Shown one piece after another: positions 8,859 through 18,759 of a DNA stretch of 64,000 nt. Position 1 is the first letter of the stretch, and each line of letters opens with the position of its first letter. Source of the stretch: Chloroflexota bacterium (GTDB lineage Bacteria; Chloroflexota; Dehalococcoidia; Lucifugimonadales; UBA826); contig PBKS01000019.1 of NCBI GenBank assembly GCA_002722155.1, forward strand, positions 60,687 to 124,686, written 5' to 3'. Under the pieces are notes generated by a model that searched no databases, was not told where the DNA came from, and worked only from the letters and a program-made list of their open reading frames with translations. Made by a program: the position numbers and the translations under genes.

Positions 8859-9449
8859 CTAGTGAGTCATAGTAGGATTAATGTATATTTCACCCTTATC
8901 ATTGGCAACAAATAGACTTTGAAACTCATATCCTCTACGTTCAAGTTCTTCGCTGCCTCCAGCCATTCTATCCATGATGGATAGAACCTTAACAACCTCA
9001 CATCCCTCATCTTCTACTGATTCGATGGCATGAAATAAGCTCCCGCCTGTTGTACACGTATCATCAACAACCGCAACCCTTTGCCCTTTGTAAAAATATC
9101 CTTCGATGTTTCTACCTCTTCCATGAGACTTTTTTTCCTTTCTCACAATTAGAGCGGAAACAGGTTTTCCTTCAACATAGCTCAGTGTGCTAACAGCCGA
9201 GACAATCGGATCCGCTCCCAGAGTTGGTCCAGCTAAAACCTCAGCATTACACTGGTATATGATGGGCAAAAAGCACTTGGCTGTAAGATAGGCCCCTTCG
9301 GAATTTAAAGTTAAAAGGCGACCATCAAAATAATAATTTGTGGTTCCCCCAGATGAGAGTTCAAATTCACCAAATTGGAGGGCTTTCCTCTCAATGGCTA
9401 CTTCTAATAGTCTTTCAATGTCACTCATTTCTTTAATTGGATTACCCAC
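8859..9449 (-). CDS. pyrE: Orotate phosphoribosyltransferase
   Basis: 196 aa. N-terminal ALQFGEFELSSGGTTNYYFD and PRPP-binding loop VAVVDDTCTTGGS. Confidence 0.85.
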   Translation of the reverse strand: MGNPIKEMSDIERLLEVAIERKALQFGEFELSSGGTTNYYFDGRLLTLNSEGAYLTAKCFLPIIYQCNAEVLAGPTLGADPIVSAVSTLSYVEGKPVSALIVRKEKKSHGRGRNIEGYFYKGQRVAVVDDTCTTGGSLFHAIESVEDEGCEVVKVLSIMDRMAGGSEELERRGYEFQSLFVANDKGEIYINPTMTH

Positions 9450-9464
9450 GGAAAATATTTATGT

Positions 9465-10052
9465 CTACAAATGATATAGTTTTTTCTTACGAATGTATTC
9501 ATTGACTGATTTAGGGACTAATTCTCCGACATCTAAACCTCTTAGAATTAGGTCTCTAACCTCACTAGATGATATCGAAGGGGAATTTACTTCGATCGTT
9601 CTTAATGAAAATTGTTTCTGCCTAGCCATAAATGGTTGGGATTTATCCCCTTGAAACCCTGGACGAGATAAACCGACAACCTCACATTCATAGTGAAGGG
9701 AATAGGGATCATCCCATTTATCCATTTCAATTATCGAATCCACCCCGAGAAGTACTGTAATTTCATATCCCTCTTCTTTCAATTTTTTCACGGTATCTAT
9801 CGTGTACGATGGACCGGACCGTGTCATTTCAATGTCTGAGACTTCGACAAAAGGAATTTTCTTTACAGCTAAAGTCGCCATGTTATATCTGTCCTCAGAA
9901 GATGCGATTAACCTGGATCTTTTCAAATAAGGGTCTCCCGCCGGAACCAAAACAATCCCGTCTAAACTTAGAATCCTATAGGCGGCTTTTAGGGCTTGAA
10001 TATGACCATTGTGAATAGGATCAAAAGTTCCACCAAAGAGTCCAACTTGCAC
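9465..10052 (-). CDS. nadD: Nicotinate-nucleotide adenylyltransferase
   Basis: 195 aa. GGTFDPIHNGH (HxGH) and SSSEVR (ISSTxxR-like) motifs. Confidence 0.9.
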   Translation of the reverse strand: MQVGLFGGTFDPIHNGHIQALKAAYRILSLDGIVLVPAGDPYLKRSRLIASSEDRYNMATLAVKKIPFVEVSDIEMTRSGPSYTIDTVKKLKEEGYEITVLLGVDSIIEMDKWDDPYSLHYECEVVGLSRPGFQGDKSQPFMARQKQFSLRTIEVNSPSISSSEVRDLILRGLDVGELVPKSVNEYIRKKKLYHL

Positions 10053-10183
10053 TACGAGCCTCTTACAACCTAAATTTAGTTATTTGTTTTCCATGATTAT
10101 GAAAGGATACAGGATACGAATCTAGATTCCTGATAACCTAGATTTATTTAACTTCCCACTATAGTTATGAGGCTTTTTATCTA

Positions 10184-11785
10184 ATGAAATACGATTATCT
10201 CGTAATTGGCGCGGGTTCCGCAGGAGCAATAGTGGCAACTCGCCTTTCGGAAAACCCCCAAGCATCTGTCATGCTTTTAGAGGGTGGACCCGACTATCCG
10301 AAGTTCATTGATCTTCCGGATGATGTCAAGTATGGCTACGCTACCGGAACTGATCTAGTGGTAGACGATAGCCATGATTGGGGCTATACCGGCGCTGTAA
10401 ACCATCTGACCGAAACGGAAACTCGGATGATTCGTCTTCCTAGAGGAAAATTAACAGGTGGAACAAGTGCTATAAACGGGCAAATATTCCTTCGGGGCCT
10501 TAGTCATGATTTTAAACAGTGGTCTGACATGGGGCTAACTGAATGGAATTATCAAAAGGTACTGCCTTTTTTCCAAAAACTAGAAACTGATTTAGATTTT
10601 GCCGGTGACTTCCATGGAAAAGAAGGGCCTATCGTTACAAGAAGGTTCTCCAAGGATGAATGGACTGATCCGCAAGAAGGTTTCTATAGAGCATGTTTGG
10701 AAAAAGGTTATCGTGAATCACCAGATATGAACCTTCCAGACGCCACAGGTGTGGGCCCATTTCCATGTAATAATCCCAATCGAATCCGTATCAGTACTGC
10801 TCTAGGCTACCTAACTGAGTCAAGACATCGTATGAATTTCACTTTACGGCCAAATTGCACAGTATCGAAATTAATATTAGATAAGAATAAAATTTCTGGC
10901 GTAGAAGTAGAAAGCGGAGGTGAAGAGTTCACAGTAGAAGCAGAAAATGTGATCCTCTCAGCAGGAAGTTTGGCAAATCCTAAAATATTAATGCTTTCTG
11001 GCATAGGTCCATCGAATCATTTAAATTCTATTGGTATAAAGCCACTAATAAATTTGGCCGGGGTTGGAAAAAACCTTCAAGACCATCCTCAAAATTTTGT
11101 TGATGCCGAAGTGAAGGATCTAGATTCTTTAGACATCGCATCGCCAAGATTACAAGTAGCTTTGCGATACACATCTCAAAATTCCAAATTAACTGACGAT
11201 ATGTTGATGTGGATGTGTTCTTACGCTATAAACGGAGATTACCGCGATATCTCCTATTCGCATAATCTAGAAGGGGAAATGCGACCCGAAATAACCGGAA
11301 TCCGTATAGTCACATCCTTGTATCTAGGTACAAGCAAAGGACATGTCCAACTCAAATCATCGGACCCAAAAGAAAACCCGATTGTAGATTTAAACCTGTT
11401 AGAAACCGAAAGTGACGTTAAAAGAATGGCAGAAGGTGTCCGTATCGCATCTGAGATCCTCGATAGCCCTTCGTTAAACCAAATAGTGTCACGCCGCACA
11501 AGTCCAACAACCGAGGTTTTAAATAATAGAGCCGCTCTCTACCAGTGGTTGAGAGCCATGACGACAACTGGAAACCACCTAACTAGCACCTGCTCGATGG
11601 GAAACTCATCAGATAAGTTCGCAGTCGTTGATCAAAAATGCAAAGTCTTCGGCATTGATAATTTGTATATAGCGGATGCTTCAGTAATGCCAAACTGTGT
11701 CAGGGCGAATACTAATGTTACTACTATGATGATAGGTGAAAGGTTGGCAGCGTTTTTGACCAGTGACAACGAAGTAGAAAAATAA
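10184..11785 (+). CDS. GMC-family FAD oxidoreductase (choline-dehydrogenase-like)
   Basis: 533 aa. N-terminal YDYLVIGAGSAGAIVATRLSE dinucleotide fold, GGTSAINGQIF, and C-terminal GMC signature around HLTSTCSMG. Confidence 0.88.
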   Translation: MKYDYLVIGAGSAGAIVATRLSENPQASVMLLEGGPDYPKFIDLPDDVKYGYATGTDLVVDDSHDWGYTGAVNHLTETETRMIRLPRGKLTGGTSAINGQIFLRGLSHDFKQWSDMGLTEWNYQKVLPFFQKLETDLDFAGDFHGKEGPIVTRRFSKDEWTDPQEGFYRACLEKGYRESPDMNLPDATGVGPFPCNNPNRIRISTALGYLTESRHRMNFTLRPNCTVSKLILDKNKISGVEVESGGEEFTVEAENVILSAGSLANPKILMLSGIGPSNHLNSIGIKPLINLAGVGKNLQDHPQNFVDAEVKDLDSLDIASPRLQVALRYTSQNSKLTDDMLMWMCSYAINGDYRDISYSHNLEGEMRPEITGIRIVTSLYLGTSKGHVQLKSSDPKENPIVDLNLLETESDVKRMAEGVRIASEILDSPSLNQIVSRRTSPTTEVLNNRAALYQWLRAMTTTGNHLTSTCSMGNSSDKFAVVDQKCKVFGIDNLYIADASVMPNCVRANTNVTTMMIGERLAAFLTSDNEVEK

Positions 11786-11883
11786 ATACATGTGAGATCG
11801 TGCATTTCTATCAATTTCTGCTATTCTGTAGCCCACTTTTGCAGATACAGACAAAAATTTCAAACTGGTTCGGAGTATGAAAA

Positions 11884-13281
11884 ATGGTTGTAGCTAAATC
11901 CCAAGAAGAAATCAGCTTAATGGCACATTTCATGAGACGAGCAGGTTTTGGCGCATCCAGGGAAGAAATAGAGTCAAGGTGCGAGGTTGGGTACTCAGAG
12001 ACGGTTGAAGAGTTACTTGCACCCTCAAATCAGATTCCAGTGGATATATACGAATTCATCAGATACTACCCAATGTGGTGGAAACCGGGAACAATGGGCG
12101 GTCTTGGTCAAGCTGGATGGGTGTGGACAATGATAAACACACCGGCGCCTCTGCAAGAGAAATTGTGTGTGTTCTACCACAATATTTTTGCCACTGGCGT
12201 TGCTAAAGTGGACCATTATGATGAAATTCAAGACATGATCGACATGTTTAGAGAAAAAGGACTTGGCTTCTATAAGGATATCTTGCTAGAGGTAGCCAAA
12301 AGTCCTGCCATGATTTATTGGCTTGACAACAATGAAAATCACTCCGATTCCATTAATGAAAATTGGGGCCGAGAATTGTTAGAACTATTCACCATGGGGG
12401 TTGGTAACTACACAGAGGAGGATGTTCAGGAGTGCTCTAGGGCCTTCACAGGTTGGACCCTTGAACATAAATTGCCGAGGTTTCACATGGGGAGATGGGA
12501 CTGGCATTTCAAATTTATGGAAGAAGATCATGACTATGGTGAAAAGGAATTCCTTGGACAAAAAGGCAACTTTGACGGTGAAGATATCATAGATATAATT
12601 CTTTCAAAACCTGCCACTGCCTATTTTATAGCTCGACATCTCTACAGTTTTTTTGTAGAAGATGAGCCCCAAGTACCTGCATGGTCTGTTGTACCTCCGA
12701 ACAATCCAGGGGCCGTTGAATTCTTAGCGGAAGCTCTATTAGACAGCGACTACCACATGGAAACCGTACTCAGAAAACTATTTCACAGTGATTTTTTCAA
12801 AGAATCTAGGTTCACAAGAGTCAAAAACCCAACTGAAGTCGTTATCGGAACCCTTAGATTAGTTGGTAACGGCAACTTGCCTTCTCCAGATATATTGGAT
12901 TGGACCGGCCAAATAGTCTACATGGGGCAAGACCTCATGAATCCCCCAAGTGTTGAAGGGTGGCACTCTGGAATAGAGTGGATCAACAGTGGCACGTTGA
13001 TGAAACGTACCAATTTCATGTCAGAAATGATTGGAGATTATTCTCGCCCTGGTGTAAAAAAAATAATCGATAGAGTTAGCTCGGTTTCCAGCAACCCTGA
13101 AGATGTAGTGGACTCTTGTCTAGATGTAATGGGTCCACTGACAATAACTGAAAAGACAAGAGCGGAACTTATCGAGCACGTTTCTCAACAAGGTGAATTT
13201 AACTGGCAATCCGATGGAGTTACAAGAGCATTGGAATTGCTTCAACTTATCGTGGCCACCAGAGAATTCCAATTTGCATAG
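11884..13281 (+). CDS. DUF1800-family protein
   Basis: 465 aa. HFMRRAGFGAS and PAMIYWLDN...NENWGRELLELFTMGVGNYTEEDV...AFTGWT match my recollection of DUF1800. No signal peptide seen. Confidence 0.75.
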   Translation: MVVAKSQEEISLMAHFMRRAGFGASREEIESRCEVGYSETVEELLAPSNQIPVDIYEFIRYYPMWWKPGTMGGLGQAGWVWTMINTPAPLQEKLCVFYHNIFATGVAKVDHYDEIQDMIDMFREKGLGFYKDILLEVAKSPAMIYWLDNNENHSDSINENWGRELLELFTMGVGNYTEEDVQECSRAFTGWTLEHKLPRFHMGRWDWHFKFMEEDHDYGEKEFLGQKGNFDGEDIIDIILSKPATAYFIARHLYSFFVEDEPQVPAWSVVPPNNPGAVEFLAEALLDSDYHMETVLRKLFHSDFFKESRFTRVKNPTEVVIGTLRLVGNGNLPSPDILDWTGQIVYMGQDLMNPPSVEGWHSGIEWINSGTLMKRTNFMSEMIGDYSRPGVKKIIDRVSSVSSNPEDVVDSCLDVMGPLTITEKTRAELIEHVSQQGEFNWQSDGVTRALELLQLIVATREFQFA

Positions 13282-13323
13282 ATTCCCGAAAAGGTTCAAG
13301 GTTAGGAAACAGCGAGGATATAC

Positions 13324-14472
13324 ATGAATAAGAATAGATCCAAAGATCCCGTAGTTGTGGTTGTTCAATTATCGGGAGGAAATGACTACATGAATACTGT
13401 GATCCCTCATAATAATTCTCTTTATCGAGACTACAGGCCCTCGGTAAACATAAACGAACCCGATGTTATTCAGTTAACTCCAGAAATGGGTTTCCACCCC
13501 GCCATGGCTCCATTAGCGGATATGTACCGAGAAGGGAATATTGCCGTCATTCATGGGGTTGGATATGAAAATTCACCTAGGTCTCATTTCCGATCTATGG
13601 ATATTTGGCACACCTGTGAACCAGAAACTCTCGGTACTGAAGGGTGGCTTGGGAGAGCAGTAAAACAAATCGACCCCAAGAAGGAAAATGTAGTTACAGC
13701 TGTTAGCATGGGGCCATCTCTTTTTCGAGCTTTAGTTGCCCCGGATGTTCCCGTTGCCACAGTAGAAAATTTGGACAATTACGGCCTACTTACTGATATC
13801 TCTCCTGAACAGAAGAGAGATCGTGTGTTAGATAGGTACAAAAAGATGTATTCCCCTATGATTGGATCTGGTCCTGTCATGGATTTTCTCGGCCAAACAG
13901 GACTCGATGCCATGAAAGGTGCAGATATTTTAAACGTGGCTCCAAGCATGTACTCATCAACAGTTGAATATGCCGACACTTCGATAGCAAGAAAACTAAA
14001 AGGCATAGCCCAAATACATTTGGCAAATTTGGGCACAAGAATTTTCTATTGTGACCTTGGAAGTTTCGATACCCATGCCGATCAACTTTCCACTCACAAT
14101 AAACTTTGGACTTCAGCTTCGACAGCTATAAGAGATTTTTTTGACGATTTGGAGGAACACGAGGCAGCTGACAACGTAACCATGTTCCTGTTTTCTGAGT
14201 TCGGGAGAAGAGTTTACGATAATGGTGCAGGGACGGATCATGGCGCCGCAGGCGCCTGCCTTGCGATAGGCAAAGGTGTCAGAGGGGGAGAATACGGACA
14301 GTATCCATCTATGAAAGGCGGAGATTTAGATCAAGGAGACTTGGTACCAAATATGGATTTCCGAAGTGTCTATACCACCTTGGCTGAAGACTGGATGAAA
14401 TTAGACCCGATCCCTATCGTTGGGGGACAATTCGAAAAGCCGGAATTCATGTTTCCTTCAACTAAAAATTAG
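13324..14472 (+). CDS. DUF1501-family protein (sulfatase/alkaline-phosphatase-like fold)
   Basis: 382 aa. LSGGNDYMNTVIP and SEFGRRVYDNGAGTDHGAAG motifs. No Tat or Sec signal at the N-terminus. Confidence 0.75.
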   Translation: MNKNRSKDPVVVVVQLSGGNDYMNTVIPHNNSLYRDYRPSVNINEPDVIQLTPEMGFHPAMAPLADMYREGNIAVIHGVGYENSPRSHFRSMDIWHTCEPETLGTEGWLGRAVKQIDPKKENVVTAVSMGPSLFRALVAPDVPVATVENLDNYGLLTDISPEQKRDRVLDRYKKMYSPMIGSGPVMDFLGQTGLDAMKGADILNVAPSMYSSTVEYADTSIARKLKGIAQIHLANLGTRIFYCDLGSFDTHADQLSTHNKLWTSASTAIRDFFDDLEEHEAADNVTMFLFSEFGRRVYDNGAGTDHGAAGACLAIGKGVRGGEYGQYPSMKGGDLDQGDLVPNMDFRSVYTTLAEDWMKLDPIPIVGGQFEKPEFMFPSTKN

Positions 14473-14483
14473 GTGGCGTTCGA

Positions 14484-15479
14484 ATGCTAACTACATCAGC
14501 AAAGGGCCGGGCTCTCGATTACAATCGAGTTGTTGGAGGTAGACAATTTAGGGGCATTAACTACGCTACTGCAGGTTTAAATAACGATGTTTTTATCTTG
14601 ATAAGAGAAACCTACCATTCGGACATCCTAAAAGTAAATATAGGCCCAGATATAGACGATGAAGAAGTGCTGATGTCCTTCAGCGATACATCCAAAATGG
14701 ACCTAAAACGCTCCTGGCCAAGCTGTGCCACCTTCAATGGTTTGAATCTTCTGGTTACCGATGAGCTGCAAAATAGCATACTGATATTTAGCACCGACGG
14801 CGAGTTACTGGACACCATAGGCAGTCTAGGAAAAGGAGAAACGGAATTCAATCGACCGTCCGGGATAGCCGTAGATGCAGCCAATAACATGTATGTGGCT
14901 GATACATTAAATCATCGAATTCAAAAACTTTCTCCTACAGGGTCTTTTATTGAAAGCTGGGGAAAATTTGGGGATGCTGATGGTTCTCTGAATTCTCCCT
15001 GGGGCCTCTGCATAGACAAAGATGATTTTCTCTACATTGCTGACCATAAAAATCACAGAATCCAAAAGTTCAGCCCCGATGGGAACTTTGTCATTTCATT
15101 TGGGAATATTGGAACTAGGACTGAAACATTGAACCACCCTTCAGATGTATCCGTTGACGACTCCGGAGATATTTATGTAGCTGACTGGGTCAATGACAGA
15201 ATTCAAATATATGATAGTCACGGAATATATGTAACCAGCCTAACCGGTTCAGCAGTGGCCCTGTCTAAATGGCAAGAACAGTATGTCAAAGCTAGTCCTG
15301 ATGTTTTTAAAGCACGAAGAAGAGTGCCAAGCCTGGAACCTGAAACCCTCTTTGCGCTCCCCACATGTGTTAGCTTTGACGATTCAAAATCCAGGTTGCT
15401 CGCGGTCGATTCGCAGAGATGGCGAATTCAAATTTTTAATAAAGTCAGTAATTATAGCGATCCCCAGTTCAATATTTAA
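14484..15479 (+). CDS. NHL-repeat beta-propeller protein
   Basis: 331 aa. Repeated ...YVADxxNHRIQKF... blades (NHRIQKL, NHRIQKF, NDRIQIY, WRIQIF). Starts 11 nt after the DUF1501 gene. Confidence 0.8.
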   Translation: MLTTSAKGRALDYNRVVGGRQFRGINYATAGLNNDVFILIRETYHSDILKVNIGPDIDDEEVLMSFSDTSKMDLKRSWPSCATFNGLNLLVTDELQNSILIFSTDGELLDTIGSLGKGETEFNRPSGIAVDAANNMYVADTLNHRIQKLSPTGSFIESWGKFGDADGSLNSPWGLCIDKDDFLYIADHKNHRIQKFSPDGNFVISFGNIGTRTETLNHPSDVSVDDSGDIYVADWVNDRIQIYDSHGIYVTSLTGSAVALSKWQEQYVKASPDVFKARRRVPSLEPETLFALPTCVSFDDSKSRLLAVDSQRWRIQIFNKVSNYSDPQFNI

Positions 15480-15665
15480 TTATAGAGCCCTTCGTTTGTA
15501 GGATCTGTTATCATCGTAATAGATAGTTATTATCGCGGATCATGATATTTATTTGACATTTAATGAGTTAATCTCTCGGCTATGTTCATAATATAATGTT
15601 GGCTATATGAAGTTGCGGTCATTTTGAATCGTCAACTCAAATGAATGATTGTGTGGAGGTTACCC

Positions 15666-17471
15666 ATGCGCAAGAACGGTTTGACTTATTTGTTGGTTGG
15701 TGCTATCACAGCCCTGATGCTTTCTGTAGCTGTGGGTTGTAGTTCTTCTGAAGAAGAAACCACTTCGGCTCCAGCAGCAGCTTCGGCTCCAGCAGCAGCT
15801 CCAGCTCCAGCGACAAAAGCAGCTCCGGCAGCAAAAACAACCAACGTATTTGGTCGTGAAATGCCAAGTGACGCTGCTCCAATGGCAGATCAATTTCTTA
15901 AAATTAACTATGAAAAAGAAGGTGAGGCACTAGAATTCGCTGTCAGTGTTTACAACTCTGCGGCAGGAAGCATACAGAGTGGCTTTAGCCTAGCATTATT
16001 GAGTACGGACCTATCTACCGTACCAGGTGGTGCAACAGATTGGTCGTCTTCACCAGACATGAAAACTTGGACATTTAATATCGATCCGGATCTCACGTGG
16101 AGCGATGGCGTCCCTGTCACCGCTCATGACTATGTGTATACATGGCAATACTACGCTGACCCAGATCATGCTTATGACTTTACATGGTATTTTGGAATGC
16201 TCGAAGTTGAAAACTATGGGGCTATTGAAGCTGGTGAAAAACCTTTGGATTCTCTAGGTGTCACGGCTAGTGACGATAATACCCTGGTCTTCCAGTTAGA
16301 TACCCCTGCTCCCTACGTTCCTGGTTTCATGATGTATGGTTCTCCTTTGGCAAAGCACGTGGCTGAAGAGCATGGCCCCACCTATTCAAACAAGCCTGAG
16401 ACCACAGTATCAAGCACTCCTTGGATTCTTAAAGAGTGGATCCCAAATCAGCACGCAGAATTTGAACCTAACCTTAACTACACAGGTAAGTTACTTCCTT
16501 ATATTGAAAATTTTAAGGCTGTTTACGGAGAACGTAAATTCGACGCTTATCTCGCAGGAGAACTTGACACTATCAGCGGACCCTTTACTCCCGCGGATCA
16601 AGAATTCCTGGAGAACGATGAGAAGCTCATGAGCCAGAGAGGTCTTTCACCGGGTGACTTCCGAACACACTACCTTTTCTTCGATTTCCAAAGCGAACCG
16701 TTCGATGATGTTAGAGTTAGGCAAGCTTTCGCTAAGGCTATTGATAGAGAATCAATAATCAATAACGTCGTCGGATCAGAAGGAGGGGAGCCAAGGTACG
16801 GTATCCTGATTCCTGGATTCCCAGATGCTGCAGGGCCTGACAAATTAAAGCAATACCAAGGCTTTGATGCGGCGGCAGCTCAGAAACTAATGGCTGATGC
16901 CGGATACGCAGGTGGCGAAGGATTCCCCAAGCTTGAAATGGCTTTGAGACAAGAAACCGAACTATTCCAGGCAGCAGCAGCAGCCGTTGCTCAACAGTTA
17001 AAGCAAAATATTGGTGTGGACGTAACCATCAACAATATGGACCGAAAGACTTACATGGCTGGCCTAAATGAACATGACTTGCAATTCGCAATGGTTTCAT
17101 ATGGGTTTGACTATGTAGATGCTTCCAACTTCATGGGTGTATTTAAGACTGACGGTCGCCATAACTGGAACAACAAAGAATTTGAGGATCTGAGGGTTGA
17201 AGCTGGAGCAATGGAACTTTCCGATGAAAGATCAGCGAAGATGATCAAGCTGCAGGAAATTCTTTCTGAAGATGTAGGAAGCGTGTTTTTCTGGTCTGAG
17301 ATTCAGAATCAGTTACACAAGCCTTACCTCAAAGGTGACTGGCGTGAAGAAAATCAGGCTGGGTGGGCAGGCCTTCAGTTCCCTAACTGGAACCCTGGCT
17401 TTGGGGCCCAAAACATTTATGAGGTGTATATCGGGGAAAATGTCAAAGAATATACTCGTTCGGCCTACTAA
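15666..17471 (+). CDS. ABC transporter substrate-binding lipoprotein, family 5 (peptide/nickel/opine type)
   Basis: Lipobox LSVAVGC followed by an Ala/Pro-rich tether. Family-5 SBP length and motifs (e.g. WSDGVPVTAHDYVYTW). The ATG at 15666 follows GGAGG; the ORF-track start at 15645 is less likely. Confidence 0.85.
   Translation: MRKNGLTYLLVGAITALMLSVAVGCSSSEEETTSAPAAASAPAAAPAPATKAAPAAKTTNVFGREMPSDAAPMADQFLKINYEKEGEALEFAVSVYNSAAGSIQSGFSLALLSTDLSTVPGGATDWSSSPDMKTWTFNIDPDLTWSDGVPVTAHDYVYTWQYYADPDHAYDFTWYFGMLEVENYGAIEAGEKPLDSLGVTASDDNTLVFQLDTPAPYVPGFMMYGSPLAKHVAEEHGPTYSNKPETTVSSTPWILKEWIPNQHAEFEPNLNYTGKLLPYIENFKAVYGERKFDAYLAGELDTISGPFTPADQEFLENDEKLMSQRGLSPGDFRTHYLFFDFQSEPFDDVRVRQAFAKAIDRESIINNVVGSEGGEPRYGILIPGFPDAAGPDKLKQYQGFDAAAAQKLMADAGYAGGEGFPKLEMALRQETELFQAAAAAVAQQLKQNIGVDVTINNMDRKTYMAGLNEHDLQFAMVSYGFDYVDASNFMGVFKTDGRHNWNNKEFEDLRVEAGAMELSDERSAKMIKLQEILSEDVGSVFFWSEIQNQLHKPYLKGDWREENQAGWAGLQFPNWNPGFGAQNIYEVYIGENVKEYTRSAY
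15763..15798 (+). repeat. 18-bp tandem duplication in the SBP tether region
   Basis: cttcggctccagcagcag x2 encodes the SAPAAA SAPAAA linker. Confidence 0.85.
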
Positions 17472-17522
17472 ACACATATAGGGTTTCTCTTTAAACTAGA
17501 ACCCTTGTAAAAAAAATTGAGC

Positions 17523-17564
17523 GGCCTGCTCGATACAGAACTGTATCAGGTGGGCCGTTCTTTT
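17523..17564 (+). terminator. Rho-independent terminator after the SBP gene
   Basis: Long hairpin: outer ggcctgct / aggtgggcc (with wobbles) and inner gataca / tgtatc, followed by gttctttt. Confidence 0.55.
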
Positions 17565-17583
17565 AGGGAGGGGTAAAACGGAT

Positions 17584-18735
17584 ATAAAATCAATCCGCAA
17601 ACAAATACCTGCACTCGAAAGTTGCACGTACTTCAACTGCGGTACCTTCGGACCCACACCAACGGTCGTAGCGAATGAGGCTGTAAGGTTAACCCGCCTT
17701 ATAGAAACTAAAGGACCCTACGATCGAGATGTTAACGACGAGATACTAACTTTGTTTGAAACGTCTCGGGACGGATTTGCTAACTATGTGGGGGTTTCCA
17801 CTGACGAAATAGCTCTTACTAGGAACGTATCGGATGGCATCAACATCGTTGCTTCGGGATTCGATTGGAATCCTGGTGATGAGGTGATTATTACTGACGA
17901 AGAGCACCCCAGCGGCTCCCTCCCATTTTTAAATCTATCCGAAAGGTATGGCGTCCAAGTCAAATTACTTAGATTCCAAACAAATACCAATGAAATATTA
18001 AAAGATTTAGAATCGCTGATAACCGACAAAACAAAACTGGTTTTTCTCAGCCATGTTTCAACTGTTGATGGTGCCCGATTACCCGCGAAAGCGGTTGGAG
18101 AATTCCTGAAGGCTCGAAACATACCTTTTATGCTAGATGGAGCTCATGCAATCGGCCAATTCCCTGTGTCAATAAAAGATTTAAGCTGTGATTTTTATGC
18201 CGGTTGTGGCCATAAATGGCTTTTGTGTCAGCAAGGGACAGGGTTCCTTTATGTAGCAAAGAATTGGCTAACAAGATTAAAAACAAGCTGGGTAGGTTGG
18301 GGCATGACCGATCAATATGATCTCGATTCTCTATCGTATACAAGTTTGGAAACGGCCCAGCGATTTGAATTTGGAACCCGTTATTGGGCGACGCACGCTT
18401 CAGCAGTAAAAGCTTTAGAATTTCACAACGCTATAGGTGCTGAAAATATATATGAAAGAAGCCATGACTTAGCTAGCAAGTTAAAAGCCCGGCTTTTGGA
18501 CATTCCCGGTATAACTATTAAAACACCTTTGCACAAGGCTGAAAGTACAGGTATTGTCGCCTTCTCCACTGCCGGCCTCAAGCACCCTGAACCTGGCAAT
18601 TGGCTATGGAATGAACATAGAATTTTAACTGCCCATAACCCGGACACTAAATCAATGCGTATAGCTGCGGCTTTTTATCTACTCGAAACCGAAATACATA
18701 TGCTTGCAGACAAATTATCAGAACTTGCGTCGTAG
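17584..18735 (+). CDS. Class-V aminotransferase (cysteine desulfurase / isopenicillin-N-epimerase-like); start codon unresolved
   Basis: PLP fold-type I class V features (HKWL Lys context CGHKWLLCQQGTGFLY). The conserved N-terminus DIKSIRKQIPALESCTYFNCGTFGPTP lies upstream of the first canonical start (TTG 17752). 17584 is an ATA placed 10 nt after GGGAGGGG. Confidence 0.7.
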   Translation: MKSIRKQIPALESCTYFNCGTFGPTPTVVANEAVRLTRLIETKGPYDRDVNDEILTLFETSRDGFANYVGVSTDEIALTRNVSDGINIVASGFDWNPGDEVIITDEEHPSGSLPFLNLSERYGVQVKLLRFQTNTNEILKDLESLITDKTKLVFLSHVSTVDGARLPAKAVGEFLKARNIPFMLDGAHAIGQFPVSIKDLSCDFYAGCGHKWLLCQQGTGFLYVAKNWLTRLKTSWVGWGMTDQYDLDSLSYTSLETAQRFEFGTRYWATHASAVKALEFHNAIGAENIYERSHDLASKLKARLLDIPGITIKTPLHKAESTGIVAFSTAGLKHPEPGNWLWNEHRILTAHNPDTKSMRIAAAFYLLETEIHMLADKLSELAS

Positions 18736-18759
18736 CATGAATGAAGAGAAAATCTCGGC

